Shown here one piece after another: positions 23,973-34,922 of a stretch of 44,969 bases of DNA (positions within the stretch are counted from its first letter, which is position 1; each line of letters begins with the position of its first letter). Source of the stretch: Octopus bimaculoides. Lineage: Eukaryota. Made by a program: the position numbers and the translations under genes. The notes below the pieces were generated by a model that saw only the letters and a program-made list of their open reading frames with translations, made no database searches and was not told the origin of the DNA. Location of the stretch: positions 79,378,289 through 79,423,257 of the forward strand of contig NC_068991.1 of the NCBI RefSeq assembly GCF_001194135.2, in the 5' to 3' direction.

Positions 23973-24957
23973 TAGGTTTTGCTTAACAGAGCTGAACTGG
24001 GGCTAAGATCCTTCAAGTAAAGCGACAGCAATAAAGAAAATTGCTACCAATAAAAGCTAACATGGAAGTTTCCCAGACTGCTAGAAATAACTGTCAAATT
24101 TTCTGTATATTACATTCCTGCCATTTTGGAAAGGGAGATACATATTGAATGACGTGGTCCTCGATTCACAATCCAGGTGAATAAGGTGGCTATGATCAAA
24201 ACTGAAACTAGTATTTCCTCCTAATCCTTCTCCTCCTTCTCCTCCTCCAACTGCTACTCTTCCTTCATCTTCTCCCCCTCCTCCTACTGCTGCTATTGCC
24301 ACTGTTTTTACTATCACCACTACTATGATCTCTACTCCCACTACTTTAACCATTGCCACTTTCAACAACAAACGCTATATGATGTATGTGTGACATTTTC
24401 GAGAAGCGGGCCGCATGGGACATGTCTTATCACCGAGTGGGAAGGATTACTAAAGCAAATGCCCGGTAATCTATCGTTATGCTATTCAGAGATTTCTGTG
24501 GGCCGCTATTTGCTCATGGTTGCACTATATCTCTTAAAGCCTCTGAACATCTCCGTAAATGTGCAAGAGAGAGAGAGAGAGAGAGATACTCCTCGGAGTT
24601 ATAAATTTTATAAATAGTAACTAAATGTTCACAAACTTTCATTTTAAATGGGGGTAGAGTGGGCGGGGAATACATAAAATTTATGGATATACAAAATTGT
24701 CCTTAAAAACACTGAGTGGTCCAGGATAGAATGATTTTGTCCATAACTCTGCTGATTAGAGTTGACCTAAACAACAAAAAGAACAAATTTCCTTTAGAAA
24801 GGAGATTGTTAGTCTATCACAATTTGCAAAAATGCTAGTGCTCCAGTATGGCCCCAGTCTTTGGGTTGTAACTAGTAAGGGTGTAACCGAGTAAACCAAA
24901 TTTTATTCTATTTTATTTCCGTATGTCAAAGGCGTAAGCGATAGTTTGTGAACATGG

Positions 24958-25092
24958 CCAGCTATTTTCCCTTCCCGCAGCTCCGTTTTAACCATACCTT
25001 TCTGTACGGATTCTTTAGAAGAATAGTAAGAACGTCTCCACTTTAGATTTCTTTGTTCTTACTTTCCTGTGAAACCAGTGAATTCATTCGAA
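24958..25092 (+). repeat. Diverged direct duplication (partner 27592-27723)
   Basis: Shared CCAGCTATTT...TTCCCGC.GCTCC...TACCTTTC.GTACGGATTC...AGAAGAA.AGT.AGAA and terminal GTGAATTCATTCG. Confidence 0.7.
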
Positions 25093-25375
25093 TATCGTAA
25101 TGCGAGTTCTCGTTATGTGATTTTGATTAAATGTGACACAAGTGCACTTCATCTCACATTTGGTCGCAATGTAATGATATAGAACGGGAAGTAATAATTT
25201 ACGAATTGGTGAATCAATGCATTAATATTAAATGATAAAAGGAAATTATCACTTTACATGACAAAAAAAAAAGTAAATAAATGAAAAAGGAAGGAAAATA
25301 GACACGCGACATGCTGGCGGTGACAAACAGTGTTGAAAGATAAATGACAATGAACATAATGTTAGACAGTAAACT

Positions 25376-25523
25376 ATTGTGTGGTAAGAAGCTTACTTAG
25401 CAGCCATATGGTTCCGGGTTCAGTCTCACTGCGTGGCACCTTGGGCAAGTCGTTTGCTATAGCCTCGGGCCGACCAAAGTCTTGTGAGTGGATTTGGCAG
25501 ACAGAAACTGAAAGAAACCCGTC

Positions 25524-25524
<1 letters not shown>
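25376..25524 (+). mobile_element. SINE 5' half (OR/OK-like) ending at (TA)n and a gap
   Basis: TGTGTGGTAAGAAGCTT...GCGTGGCACCTTGGGCAAGT...GGATTTGGCAGACAGAAACTGAAAGAAACCCGTCG. Confidence 0.88.
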
Positions 25525-25565
<41 letters not shown>

Positions 25566-25612
25566 NNNNNNNNNNNNNNNNNNNNNNNNNNNNNNNNNNN
25601 NNNNNNNNNNNN

Positions 25613-25661
<49 letters not shown>

Positions 25662-26426
25662 CAGAGACAGAGAGAGAGACACAGAGAGAGAGACAGAGAG
25701 ACAAAGAGAGAGAGACTCTCATACTTCACTTCATAGCTGGTAGTGCTAATCGGTGGCTCCTCGTAATTAAATTACAACATGGGAGCGCTAAGCAATTATG
25801 TGTATAAATACAATGTTATTACCAGTTCGAACATGCCAGTGGAACGTTCAAATTCGTAAACATGTTATTCGCTGTTTTGTCACGGAGAAAATTTCTTGAT
25901 GAGCTCGCAGTCCCGCTTATACAGATTGTAACTGATTTCGTCCATTTTTAAATGCCTCTTACGAAACATTAAACGCCGGCCAAAAAATTTTAAAAACATC
26001 TCATTCACATCACAGAGTGAATCAGAATTTTCCCTAAAGGAATGTAGAGATAGCAGATGTAGATCATGTAACAACAGCAGCTTCAAATATTTAGGCAGTA
26101 GTTCCTACATAAAGCTGAAGATTGGCTTAAGTAAATGCAAATATGAACTGCAAGACACATAATCTTATATACTGCACAGCTTATCTAAACTGCAAGGGGA
26201 ATTATATTGGCTAAACTACCAATTCCCTTTGCCAACGTGCCAGAATCCACAGAGAGCATATCCGATAACAGGAACTACGCAAAATTCCACTGAGTAAGCA
26301 TCTGGAACTATGTGAAGGAGGAAAATTCAAGACCTTTTCCTTCTACAGATGTTCAAAGGCCGAGTCAATGTTTTAAAAGGCAATGGAACTGCATTTTATC
26401 AAAAAATCCTCACCAAGACTAAACTT

Positions 26427-26567
26427 TTGAAAGCATCTCTTCTACTCTAAGCACGAAGCCCGAAATTTTTGGGGAGGGGGCTAGTCGATTAGATGAACTC
26501 CAGTACGCAACTGGTACTTAATTTTATCGACTCTGAAAGAATGAAAGACAAAGTGGACCTCGGCGGA
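26427..26567 (-). mobile_element. SINE fragment (OK/OR2-like), inverted
   Basis: Reverse complement CCGCCGAGGTCCACTTTGTCTTTCATTCTTTCAGAGTCGATAAAATTAAGTACCAGTTGCGTACTGGAG resembles the octopus SINE body (from recall). Confidence 0.7.
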
Positions 26568-26957
26568 TAAATGTTTTAAAGAATAGCAAAGACAATATGC
26601 ATGGATACTCTTTCAAACGGAGCAGAGTTTGAGCACTACATTTTTAGTTCATACCGGTAATGTACATAACTAACTTTCCCGGAAATACAATTGGAATGCA
26701 ATAACACGAGTTATTGAATATTTAAGCTTGGCCCTCTCTAAACATATTTTGTATGAAACCAATCAACATTGCAACAAATTTATGCTTTCCTTTTAAATTG
26801 GACTCTGGACATTTTAGATTTATTTCATATTTTATAATTGTGATTGTAGTTACTTAAGGATAATTATTTTTCAATCTTCAACTTACATTGAAAACACCTT
26901 GATGGGGTATATATACACAGATGTATGCAAAGTGCGACAGTGTATATATGTATATAA

Positions 26958-27150
26958 TTTGAAGAAAAGCAACAAAAATGCATTAGGTTATAGCAGAACG
27001 TATGTTTCGTACAAACTTCATTTATTTATGTAGTGAGAACACCACATAAGATGTGCAATGAAAATGTACTCCTCAGCTGCATAATGGAAGTTCATTTCAG
27101 GAAGTCATTTTGTAGATGTGTGCGAATAGAAGAGTAGGAGATGAAGAAAA
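26958..27150 (-). mobile_element. Older solo copy of the hammerhead-bearing repeat (same family as 5466-5819)
   Basis: Colinear with 5466-5665, sharing the same terminus ATTTGAAG next to TA-rich sequence. Confidence 0.85.
26989..27083 (-). ncRNA. Type I hammerhead motif, partly decayed
   Basis: TATGCAG-CTGAGGA-GTAC...ATGTGGTG-TTCT-CACTACAT...GTAC-GAAA-CATACG-TT-CTGCTATA. Core is intact, but the triplet is GUU and stem III has a mismatch. Confidence 0.7.
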
Positions 27151-27526
27151 TACCATCTTGACTGGACTGTTAATCAACAGTCTAGTGAATCAAACAAGAA
27201 TTTAATTTCTATATATTCTAATTGGAGGGGTAAGGGACAGCAGGCTAGGGGTAAATCAAGCAAGAGAAAAAAGAGATAAGAAAAAAGGAAAAATATATAT
27301 ATATATAGAAATAAAAATGAAAATGGAAGGGCAATACCTTAAGGAGTGGCTAGAGGGAATTTAAGGTCAAGATATTGGAGAATTATTAAGAATATATCTA
27401 TTCGTCTGTATATTTAGAATAATACAACAAACTAAAGTACTAAGTTTAAAACCATAGCGAACATTAATAGTTAAATTAGAACACGACAAACATTTATAGT
27501 TGAAATAAGATATACATTAATGTGGG

Positions 27527-27572
27527 GTAGTAGAAGAGAGATATTATTTAAATAATATCTCTCTTCTACTAC
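27527..27572. repeat. Perfect 46-bp loopless palindrome
   Basis: GTAGTAGAAGAGAGATATTATTT followed by its exact reverse complement AAATAATATCTCTCTTCTACTAC. Confidence 0.95.
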
Positions 27573-27764
27573 TAATGGTAAGTAAATATGACCAGCTATT
27601 TCTCGTTTCCCGCTGCTCCATTAGAATCTTACCTTTCGGTACGGATTCCCCAGAAGAAAAGTGAGAATATCTCTTGTCCGCATTTCTCATTTTCGTTTGA
27701 AACTAACTGAGTGAATTCATTCGTTTGTCCTAATGCATGTGCTTGTTATGTGATTTTTTTTTAT

Positions 27765-27765
<1 letters not shown>

Positions 27766-27841
<76 letters not shown>
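27766..27841. repeat. (TG)n microsatellite
   Basis: Direct reading. Confidence 0.95.
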
Positions 27842-27847
<6 letters not shown>

Positions 27848-28746
27848 CACTCGCATACACACATATACAAACAATCTTCGAGATCTTACCAAATTTCGCC
27901 TGTCAAATGCCTTGAGTAGAATATATAGTAGAATATATTTGCCGAAGGTGTCGTCAAATGGAATCGAATCTGGAAGTATGTATTTGTAAGGCGAAGTTCT
28001 TAGCAATAAGAGATTGCATGCATCCGTTTTAGTCATCATATCTTAGTTGGGAAAATATGGATTCTTTAACGGTTTAATTTCGGTTTGTACTCCAGGTGTT
28101 TAATACTACGCCACAACTTTCGCATCTCATTTGAAACCTCAGGCATTTTGTCTTGCTTTTTCAACTGTTACATACTTCTGGCTATACTTTGGTTTTATAT
28201 TTTCGCCATAACATTTATTTAATATTCTAAAGCAGTGTTCAACATTAGGTTTACAGCATCTAAATAATAATGAGGAATATTCAAATTTGCCGAATATTTA
28301 AATTTGAGGTACTCGCTACTTTAGTTATGTTAATATGTACGTTACATTTAATTGCATGCTTCAACATCACAACAAAAGAATTTATTCACACATAGCTATA
28401 TAACAATATAACATTAAAAATCAACAGCCTCAACAGGCCAAAATCTGCCGCGTTATAGAAAACTAGAAAAGAAAAACAAAATTCAATCCTTGATCTGCAG
28501 ATTTCGTAAATCTCGTGTTTTGTGATATAAAATGGACAACAGGATGCTCTACACTTACTATGAATTGTCAGAAACATGGAGACTCTGCAATGAATAAATA
28601 ATGTATGTATAAGAATATTCATGTAACCATGTGCATTGAGTAAATATTATTGGCCCCTTTTTCAACTGTCCATGTTTAAAGCAGTTAAACACTCACAATC
28701 ATACACGTACGGTATGCATCTGTGTGTATGAACATACACACGTGTA

Positions 28747-28803
<57 letters not shown>

Positions 28804-28871
28804 GCACACACACATAAACACAAATTTAATCACACAGGCAGACATACGCACACGCAGTTATATATATAATT

Positions 28872-29055
28872 ATATCTTTTACTTGTTCCAGTCAGTGAAT
28901 TGCGGTCATGCAGGGACGCCACACAGAAGAATTTTAGTCTCACGAAGCGCCCCAAGCACTTATTTGGGGAAGCCTGGTATTTATTATATCAATACGTTAT
29001 GCCGAACTGCTATGCTTCGAATCGATGATCAGGCGGTGATGGGGGCAAATACACG
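28872..29055 (-). mobile_element. Decayed SINE 3' half
   Basis: TTTTACTTGTTCCAGTCAG..TTGCGGTCATGC and ATGCCGAACTGCTA resemble the inverted 3' half of 808-1264. Confidence 0.6.
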
Positions 29056-29063
29056 CGCGCCCG

Positions 29064-29098
<35 letters not shown>

Positions 29099-29188
29099 NN
29101 NNNNNNNNNNNNNNNNNNNNNNNNNNNNNNNNNNNNNNNNNNNNNNNNNNNNNNNNNNNNNNNNNNNNNNNNNNNNNNNNNNNNNNNN

Positions 29189-29222
<34 letters not shown>

Positions 29223-29679
29223 AACTCACAAAAAAAAGACGAAGACAGGTGGTGTAGAAAACAAATAGATGTATTAGTTTAACGCTCAAGAAATGAAAAA
29301 GCTTTTAACGCTTCGAGCCTACACTCTTCTACCGAATGGAACACAGAAAGAAACAAGGAGAGAAAAAGAGAATGTGTAGTGGTTAGCAATCTATCATGGC
29401 GAATACCGGACAGAAGGGTCACACAGGAGAGCTAGGAAGAAGAGGAGATAATAAAGTAGTGGTGATCCCAAAACGAAGGGGCGCGTGGGTTTGTATAAGA
29501 GAGTTAGTATGTGCGTGCGGGAGAGGTCTGGTGATCTTGACGGGTGCGTGTGTGTGTGTTGGTGTGAAAATGTGGGGCTGGGAATTAGTCAGTGCTAGTG
29601 TGTGCGTGGTGGTGTGCTGCTAAGTGATGGGTTATGTTGTGTTGTATGGTGTAGTGGTGTGTGGTGTGGTGTGATGTTG

Positions 29680-29885
29680 TTGGGAGGTGGGGGAGGCGAG
29701 AGTGGAGAAAGCAAGGGTGGGTGTGGGTTAGGCTGAGGGGGGTAGATGTGGGGTATGTTGGAGTTGGTGTAAGGGATGGGGTGGGGTGAGATGGGAAGGA
29801 TGGGGAAGTGGCGTTGGAATGTGTAGGGTTAGGGCTTATGAGGGAGGGTGGACGATGAACGGGAGAAGGAGAAGGTGGGTAGGAG
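29680..29885 (+). other. Strand-asymmetric G-rich tract with a canonical G-quadruplex motif at 29773-29795
   Basis: GGG-AT-GGGG-T-GGGG-TGAGAT-GGG plus further G3 runs. Confidence 0.65.
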
Positions 29886-30265
29886 TGAAGAGAAGAGAGA
29901 AGAGAGAAGAGAGAAGAGAGAAAGAGTAGGAATAAAGAGAACTAGGAGTGAAGAGTATCCAGATTACAAGTTAAGGTTTATACCTGTAATTATTGTGGCC
30001 CTGTGATATGTAACCCACTGCCTAAATACAAATCTTGATACCTTAGGTTTCTCAAAACCAGAAAGGAGAAAGTTAATTCGAAGACTGCAGATCCAATCCA
30101 TCACAGGAACTGTGAGAATCTGTAAAACTTTCCAGAAGTTTATCACGAAAATATATATATGAGCTTGTTAAGATATGCAACTATATGCATGAGAATAAAT
30201 ATATAAAACATACAAATCTGCACATACATACATACATACATACAAAGTTTGACCACCTCCTCTAC

Positions 30266-30453
30266 CTACACCTTAGAACCATCATGGCATCTAATGTGGC
30301 TTTTTAAACCAGACACTGATCTGAAAAGATACCCACATAGATTGCATATCCGATCTGGACCACCAAGAGCTGTTGTTGATGTTATGTTGAAATTCCAATG
30401 GAGGAGCCTCGGATCTAGGTTAGAAACCGATTCTTCCTCTATTGGCAAGACAT
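30266..30453 (-). CDS. Open segment encoding one canonical C2H2 zinc finger (30284-30346); either an RTE-type LINE 3' end or a terminal exon
   Basis: CNLCGYLFRSVSGLKSHIRCH fits C-x2-C-x3-F-x5-L-x2-H-x3-H. Preceded by acceptor TTTATTTCAAG|AT and followed by a stop, GGTGGTCAAACT and a (TATG)n tail. Confidence 0.5.
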
Positions 30454-31119
30454 CTTGAAATAAACTGAATAATGACATACAAAATCAATACAGAAACATA
30501 TAGTTCAACCATATATAGATGTATGTATGTATGTATACACATACGCACATATTTATAAACATAATTAAGGTTAAATCATTAGAAATTAATGAAAACCATA
30601 CTGGTAAAAATATAAAAATATAAAAATATGTAAATAAGAGCACTGAAGAAACAACATCTTCATGTTAGAAATGGACGTCAAATGATTGTAAGCCATTTTG
30701 AATTTGCACAACCTTAGCACAAGGTTGAATGCGAGGAAAACGGATAAAAAAGATTTCGTAAGATTATTTTGGTTAACACTAAATCTTTGGATATTTGGTT
30801 TAGTAATAAATACTCTACCTTCATTATAAATGAATATATGCATATATTTACACGTATTTACGAAGCAACATTCTATTATCCATCTGAACCACGTGCATAT
30901 TTGTTCAATACATATTTCTACCATATGAAGTGCAGAACCAATTTCGACATCATATAAAGTAAAACTAAAACTCGTAGGAGAGATTCGCTTGAGATAAATT
31001 TGGTATTTTAGAGTCGGATCAGTAAGCGAGATCAATAAGCGAATAAGCAGAAGAATTTCAGAATTTCAAGGGCACTTACACTTCAAATTCATAATTTTTA
31101 AAACTGCTTTTACCATTTC

Positions 31120-31720
31120 TTATGAATGATGGCAAAGCACTATTGTTGCGAACGATTGGATCGCTATGCATCAATACAGATTTTTGTCATCAAATATGGA
31201 ATTGTTCTGAAGTAGAATACTTCGAGGAAATAGATTTTCTACACTTTATGAATAGTATCAAATCCGAAGGCGTGAAAAGCCGAACTCTAGTTGTTCATAC
31301 GGAATTTGTATGACTAAAAACATATTGAGAGCTATCGAGGAACTGAAAATCAGATTCCTCAACGACCCCACACTCCTAATCGCAGCTTACGTCTCGGAAG
31401 CGTGGAAATTAAAGCCTAAAAAGGAAGAAGCACTGGGCATTTATTAAATGAGGTGCTTAATGTCTATGAAGGAGCATTATTATATGACAAACGCAGAAAC
31501 ACATTTCTTAAAGTATAATAATGCAATGATCTTTAAATATTTTCCATTAACGAAATGATTATAGAGAACAGAGTGAACGATCCAACAACATACTAGAAGA
31601 CCACACAATAGTTACTTAACCTGGGCCGAGATTTCACAAAATCCAGGCTACTTAAGACATTACATATGATCTATGAAGACGTTGGTGTAACGCTCACAAG
31701 AGAGTCAGGCAGTGAATAGG
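31120..31720 (+). mobile_element. Decayed RTE-type LINE fragment (RT C-terminal region)
   Basis: LKIRFLNDPTLLIAAYVSEAWKLKPKKEEALGIY*MRCL resembles the RTE motif TKIRIFNA...LLYGSE.WTL...E..L..F.MRCLR. Confidence 0.65.
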
Positions 31721-31935
31721 AGCAGAGCATCTGACTAAAGGGGGTAAATATTCGAAGAAAACTGACAACGGTAAAAGCATACACTCGCTTGCACACGTCG
31801 AAAATCAACACATGCATAAAATACGTATTGCACACACACACACACACACACAAACACCCCCACACGCACACACATGCACTATGAATCTTGTTATATGTAT
31901 ATCTACATGTGTTGGTGTGTTTGTATAATATATAA

Positions 31936-32821
31936 NNNNNNNNNNNNNNNNNNNNNNNNNNNNNNNNNNNNNNNNNNNNNNNNNNNNNNNNNNNNNNNNN
32001 NNNNNNNNNNNNNNNNNNNNNNNNNNNNNNNNNNNNNNNNNNNNNNNNNNNNNNNNNNNNNNNNNNNNNNNNNNNNNNNNNNNNNNNNNNNNNNNNNNNN
32101 NNNNNNNNNNNNNNNNNNNNNNNNNNNNNNNNNNNNNNNNNNNNNNNNNNNNNNNNNNNNNNNNNNNNNNNNNNNNNNNNNNNNNNNNNNNNNNNNNNNN
32201 NNNNNNNNNNNNNNNNNNNNNNNNNNNNNNNNNNNNNNNNNNNNNNNNNNNNNNNNNNNNNNNNNNNNNNNNNNNNNNNNNNNNNNNNNNNNNNNNNNNN
32301 NNNNNNNNNNNNNNNNNNNNNNNNNNNNNNNNNNNNNNNNNNNNNNNNNNNNNNNNNNNNNNNNNNNNNNNNNNNNNNNNNNNNNNNNNNNNNNNNNNNN
32401 NNNNNNNNNNNNNNNNNNNNNNNNNNNNNNNNNNNNNNNNNNNNNNNNNNNNNNNNNNNNNNNNNNNNNNNNNNNNNNNNNNNNNNNNNNNNNNNNNNNN
32501 NNNNNNNNNNNNNNNNNNNNNNNNNNNNNNNNNNNNNNNNNNNNNNNNNNNNNNNNNNNNNNNNNNNNNNNNNNNNNNNNNNNNNNNNNNNNNNNNNNNN
32601 NNNNNNNNNNNNNNNNNNNNNNNNNNNNNNNNNNNNNNNNNNNNNNNNNNNNNNNNNNNNNNNNNNNNNNNNNNNNNNNNNNNNNNNNNNNNNNNNNNNN
32701 NNNNNNNNNNNNNNNNNNNNNNNNNNNNNNNNNNNNNNNNNNNNNNNNNNNNNNNNNNNNNNNNNNNNNNNNNNNNNNNNNNNNNNNNNNNNNNNNNNNN
32801 NNNNNNNNNNNNNNNNNNNNN
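31936..32821. other. Assembly gap
   Basis: Run of N. It explains the 422, 339 and 318 aa pseudo-ORFs. Confidence 0.98.
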
Positions 32822-32954
32822 CAACTATGAGTATTTTGCTAAGATTGTTAACAGATACTATATTCTTTTGCCAAATTTTTGGTATAAAAATATATATAAA
32901 CACACACACACACACACACACACATACACACACACACATATATATATATATATA

Positions 32955-34303
32955 CAGTGGTGATCATAAGTATTCATAACGTTTAGAATACATTTGACTT
33001 TTTAAAAATATTCTTATCATTAATCGGTTTGCGATTTTATAATTTATTAATATACACATTTGCATTTAATTATTAATTTTTATCACGGAAAACAATCGGA
33101 ATTAACAATTAACTATTAACAATTAACAATTAACAATTAACAATTAACAATTAACAATTAACAAAATTCAAACAATTATAGGATGGTGCATATGCAGAAT
33201 TATTCATAGCATTTTGTTTTATAACATTTTTGTTCAGAAATTAAATTAAATCGATAAATAAACTATTAAAAGTAAAATATGTAATATATATTACCATTAA
33301 TAGTTGTTAGTAAAACCTCAATATTAGTGTATACGTGATTTGTACATTTATCAATACTATCTACATTTCTTTCTTGCGCTTTTAATTACTATATAAAAAA
33401 TGCCAAAACAAAAAAAGATCAACGCTGACTCAAAAAAAAACTATATAGAAGCTAACATGTCTGGCGAGGTTTACAGGATGTTTTCTAAACGATTTGCTGT
33501 CAAAATACCAACTATTCCATGAAGGATAAAGAAATATCGAACCGACAAAATTCAAAACCCAAGAAAGAGAAGAAAACGAATGTCGTCAGAGCAAAGGCTG
33601 GAGAGATGAACAGAACCGTGGGCAACTGCAAAAGAGATGAGGGTGCAGTTTAGCGTAACTATTTCATCATCAAGCGTAAAGGGAGCATTATAGAAATTTG
33701 GGCCCTGCGGGTTCAGCGCAAAGACACTACGTCCTTTCCTGCTCAGGGGTCACCACGGCTAAACTATGGGAAAAAGCAGTTTAGTAGAATTCCCGGTAGG
33801 CTTTTCGAGCCCAAAACGATATTACTACTTTGAAGCATGGTAGAGAGAATTTAATATTTTGGTGGTGATTTCAGTTGCTGGCTCAGGAAGATTACTTGTC
33901 ATTAAAGGCCGGTTGAAAATAGAGGATGTCGTCAAAAATTAGAGGAAAATCTTCCAGTATCAGCAAACGATTTGGGGCTTTGCAACGATTGGATCGTTCA
34001 AAAAGATAATGGTGTGAAGCCTAAGTCGAAATTAGCGACTGGCTGGCCCGGCGAAAATAATATCAAGGTTTTGCAATGGCTGTCTCAATTCTTTGGTACC
34101 ACTTCCAACTTCACATTCTGAAGAGATGGTCAAATAATTTGAACGTTCTAGAGACAATTGCGTACAAAAAAATGGGAAAAATTGAAAAAAAAACAAATTC
34201 CAATTTAATTCGAAATTATGCAAAAATTTTAAATATGGTTATTGATAAAGGCTTTATAATAAGTTATTGAACAAAATGTTATGAATAATTTTGCACACGA
34301 ATC
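32955..34303 (+). mobile_element. Decayed Tc1-like transposon with both TIRs recognisable; transposase relic at about 33400-34180
   Basis: Left TIR TA-CAGTGGTGATCATAAGTATTCATAACGT and degenerate right TIR 34276-34300 (about 19/25). Peptides TLKHG, SVAGSGRL..IKG, ENLPVSANDLGL...QKDN and NIKVLQW.SQ match Tc1 DD34E motifs. Confidence 0.88.
33100..33162 (+). repeat. (AATTAAC)x9 heptamer array inside the Tc1 5' region
   Basis: Direct reading; one variant unit. Confidence 0.92.
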
Positions 34304-34498
34304 TTCCCACAAATATTTGATTTTTGTCAGTTTTGAATGTAAACCGTGGTAAAAATAAATTAATAATTATATGATGTTATGTATATTAATAAAGTTTAAA
34401 TAATATACAAATGATGCTACAAACCGATAACTGATAAGAAGAATATATTCAAAAAGCATCAGTCTTATTCTAATCGCTATGGTTACTTTTGAATACCA

Positions 34499-34536
<38 letters not shown>

Positions 34537-34621
34537 AATATTTCAAAACAAATGTATTAATACAAATGTATTAATTCCAGCAAAAATGCAAATGTATTAA
34601 TTTCCAGCAAAAAAAGACGTA

Positions 34622-34696
34622 AATGCAGCTGATGAGGACTGATCAGATTTACGTTGTGAAACGTATCTGAAGAGTCTGAAACCTGGGTACTGCATT
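34622..34696 (+). ncRNA. Type I hammerhead ribozyme motif, second family
   Basis: Stem I AATGCAG 34622-28 / CTGCATT 34690-96 (7 bp). CUGAUGA 34629-35. Stem II GGAC/GTCT, TCAGAT/ATCTGA and ACGTT/AACGT, closed by a GUGA (GNRA) loop. GAAA 34678-81. Stem III ACC-TG-GGT. GUA cleavage after 34689. Confidence 0.85.
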
Positions 34697-34878
34697 ATCC
34701 TTACTCTGGGTTGTCCATTTTCGAATGTTCTTCCTAAGGTAAGACAAGTTTCTCATGTTTGTTGCACACACGCATTTTTGCCAGTATACACGCAGTGAAG
34801 CTATTCAATAGCGTCGTATTTATATCGATTGCTATTGTCCAGTAAATATCGGTGCCTTGTTGTACCACTCTTATGAAT

Positions 34879-34922
<44 letters not shown>

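Noticed and set aside
24210-24365. Pro/Thr/Ser-rich or Gly/Val-rich open frames
   Set aside because: Degenerate CCT/ACT trinucleotide repeat without convincing splice sites.
29305-29335. Minus-strand GAAGAGTGTAGGCTCGAAGCGTT, reminiscent of a hammerhead-like motif in a repeat also seen near 19480 and 38110
   Set aside because: Neither CUGANGA nor GAAA is intact in this copy, so it cannot be supported.
29825-29835. AGGGTTAGGG telomere-like word
   Set aside because: Fewer than two units, inside a G-rich low-complexity tract.
33100-33162. Regular short repeat array considered as CRISPR-like
   Set aside because: Head-to-tail heptamers with no spacers, in a eukaryotic Tc1 relic. No cas genes.
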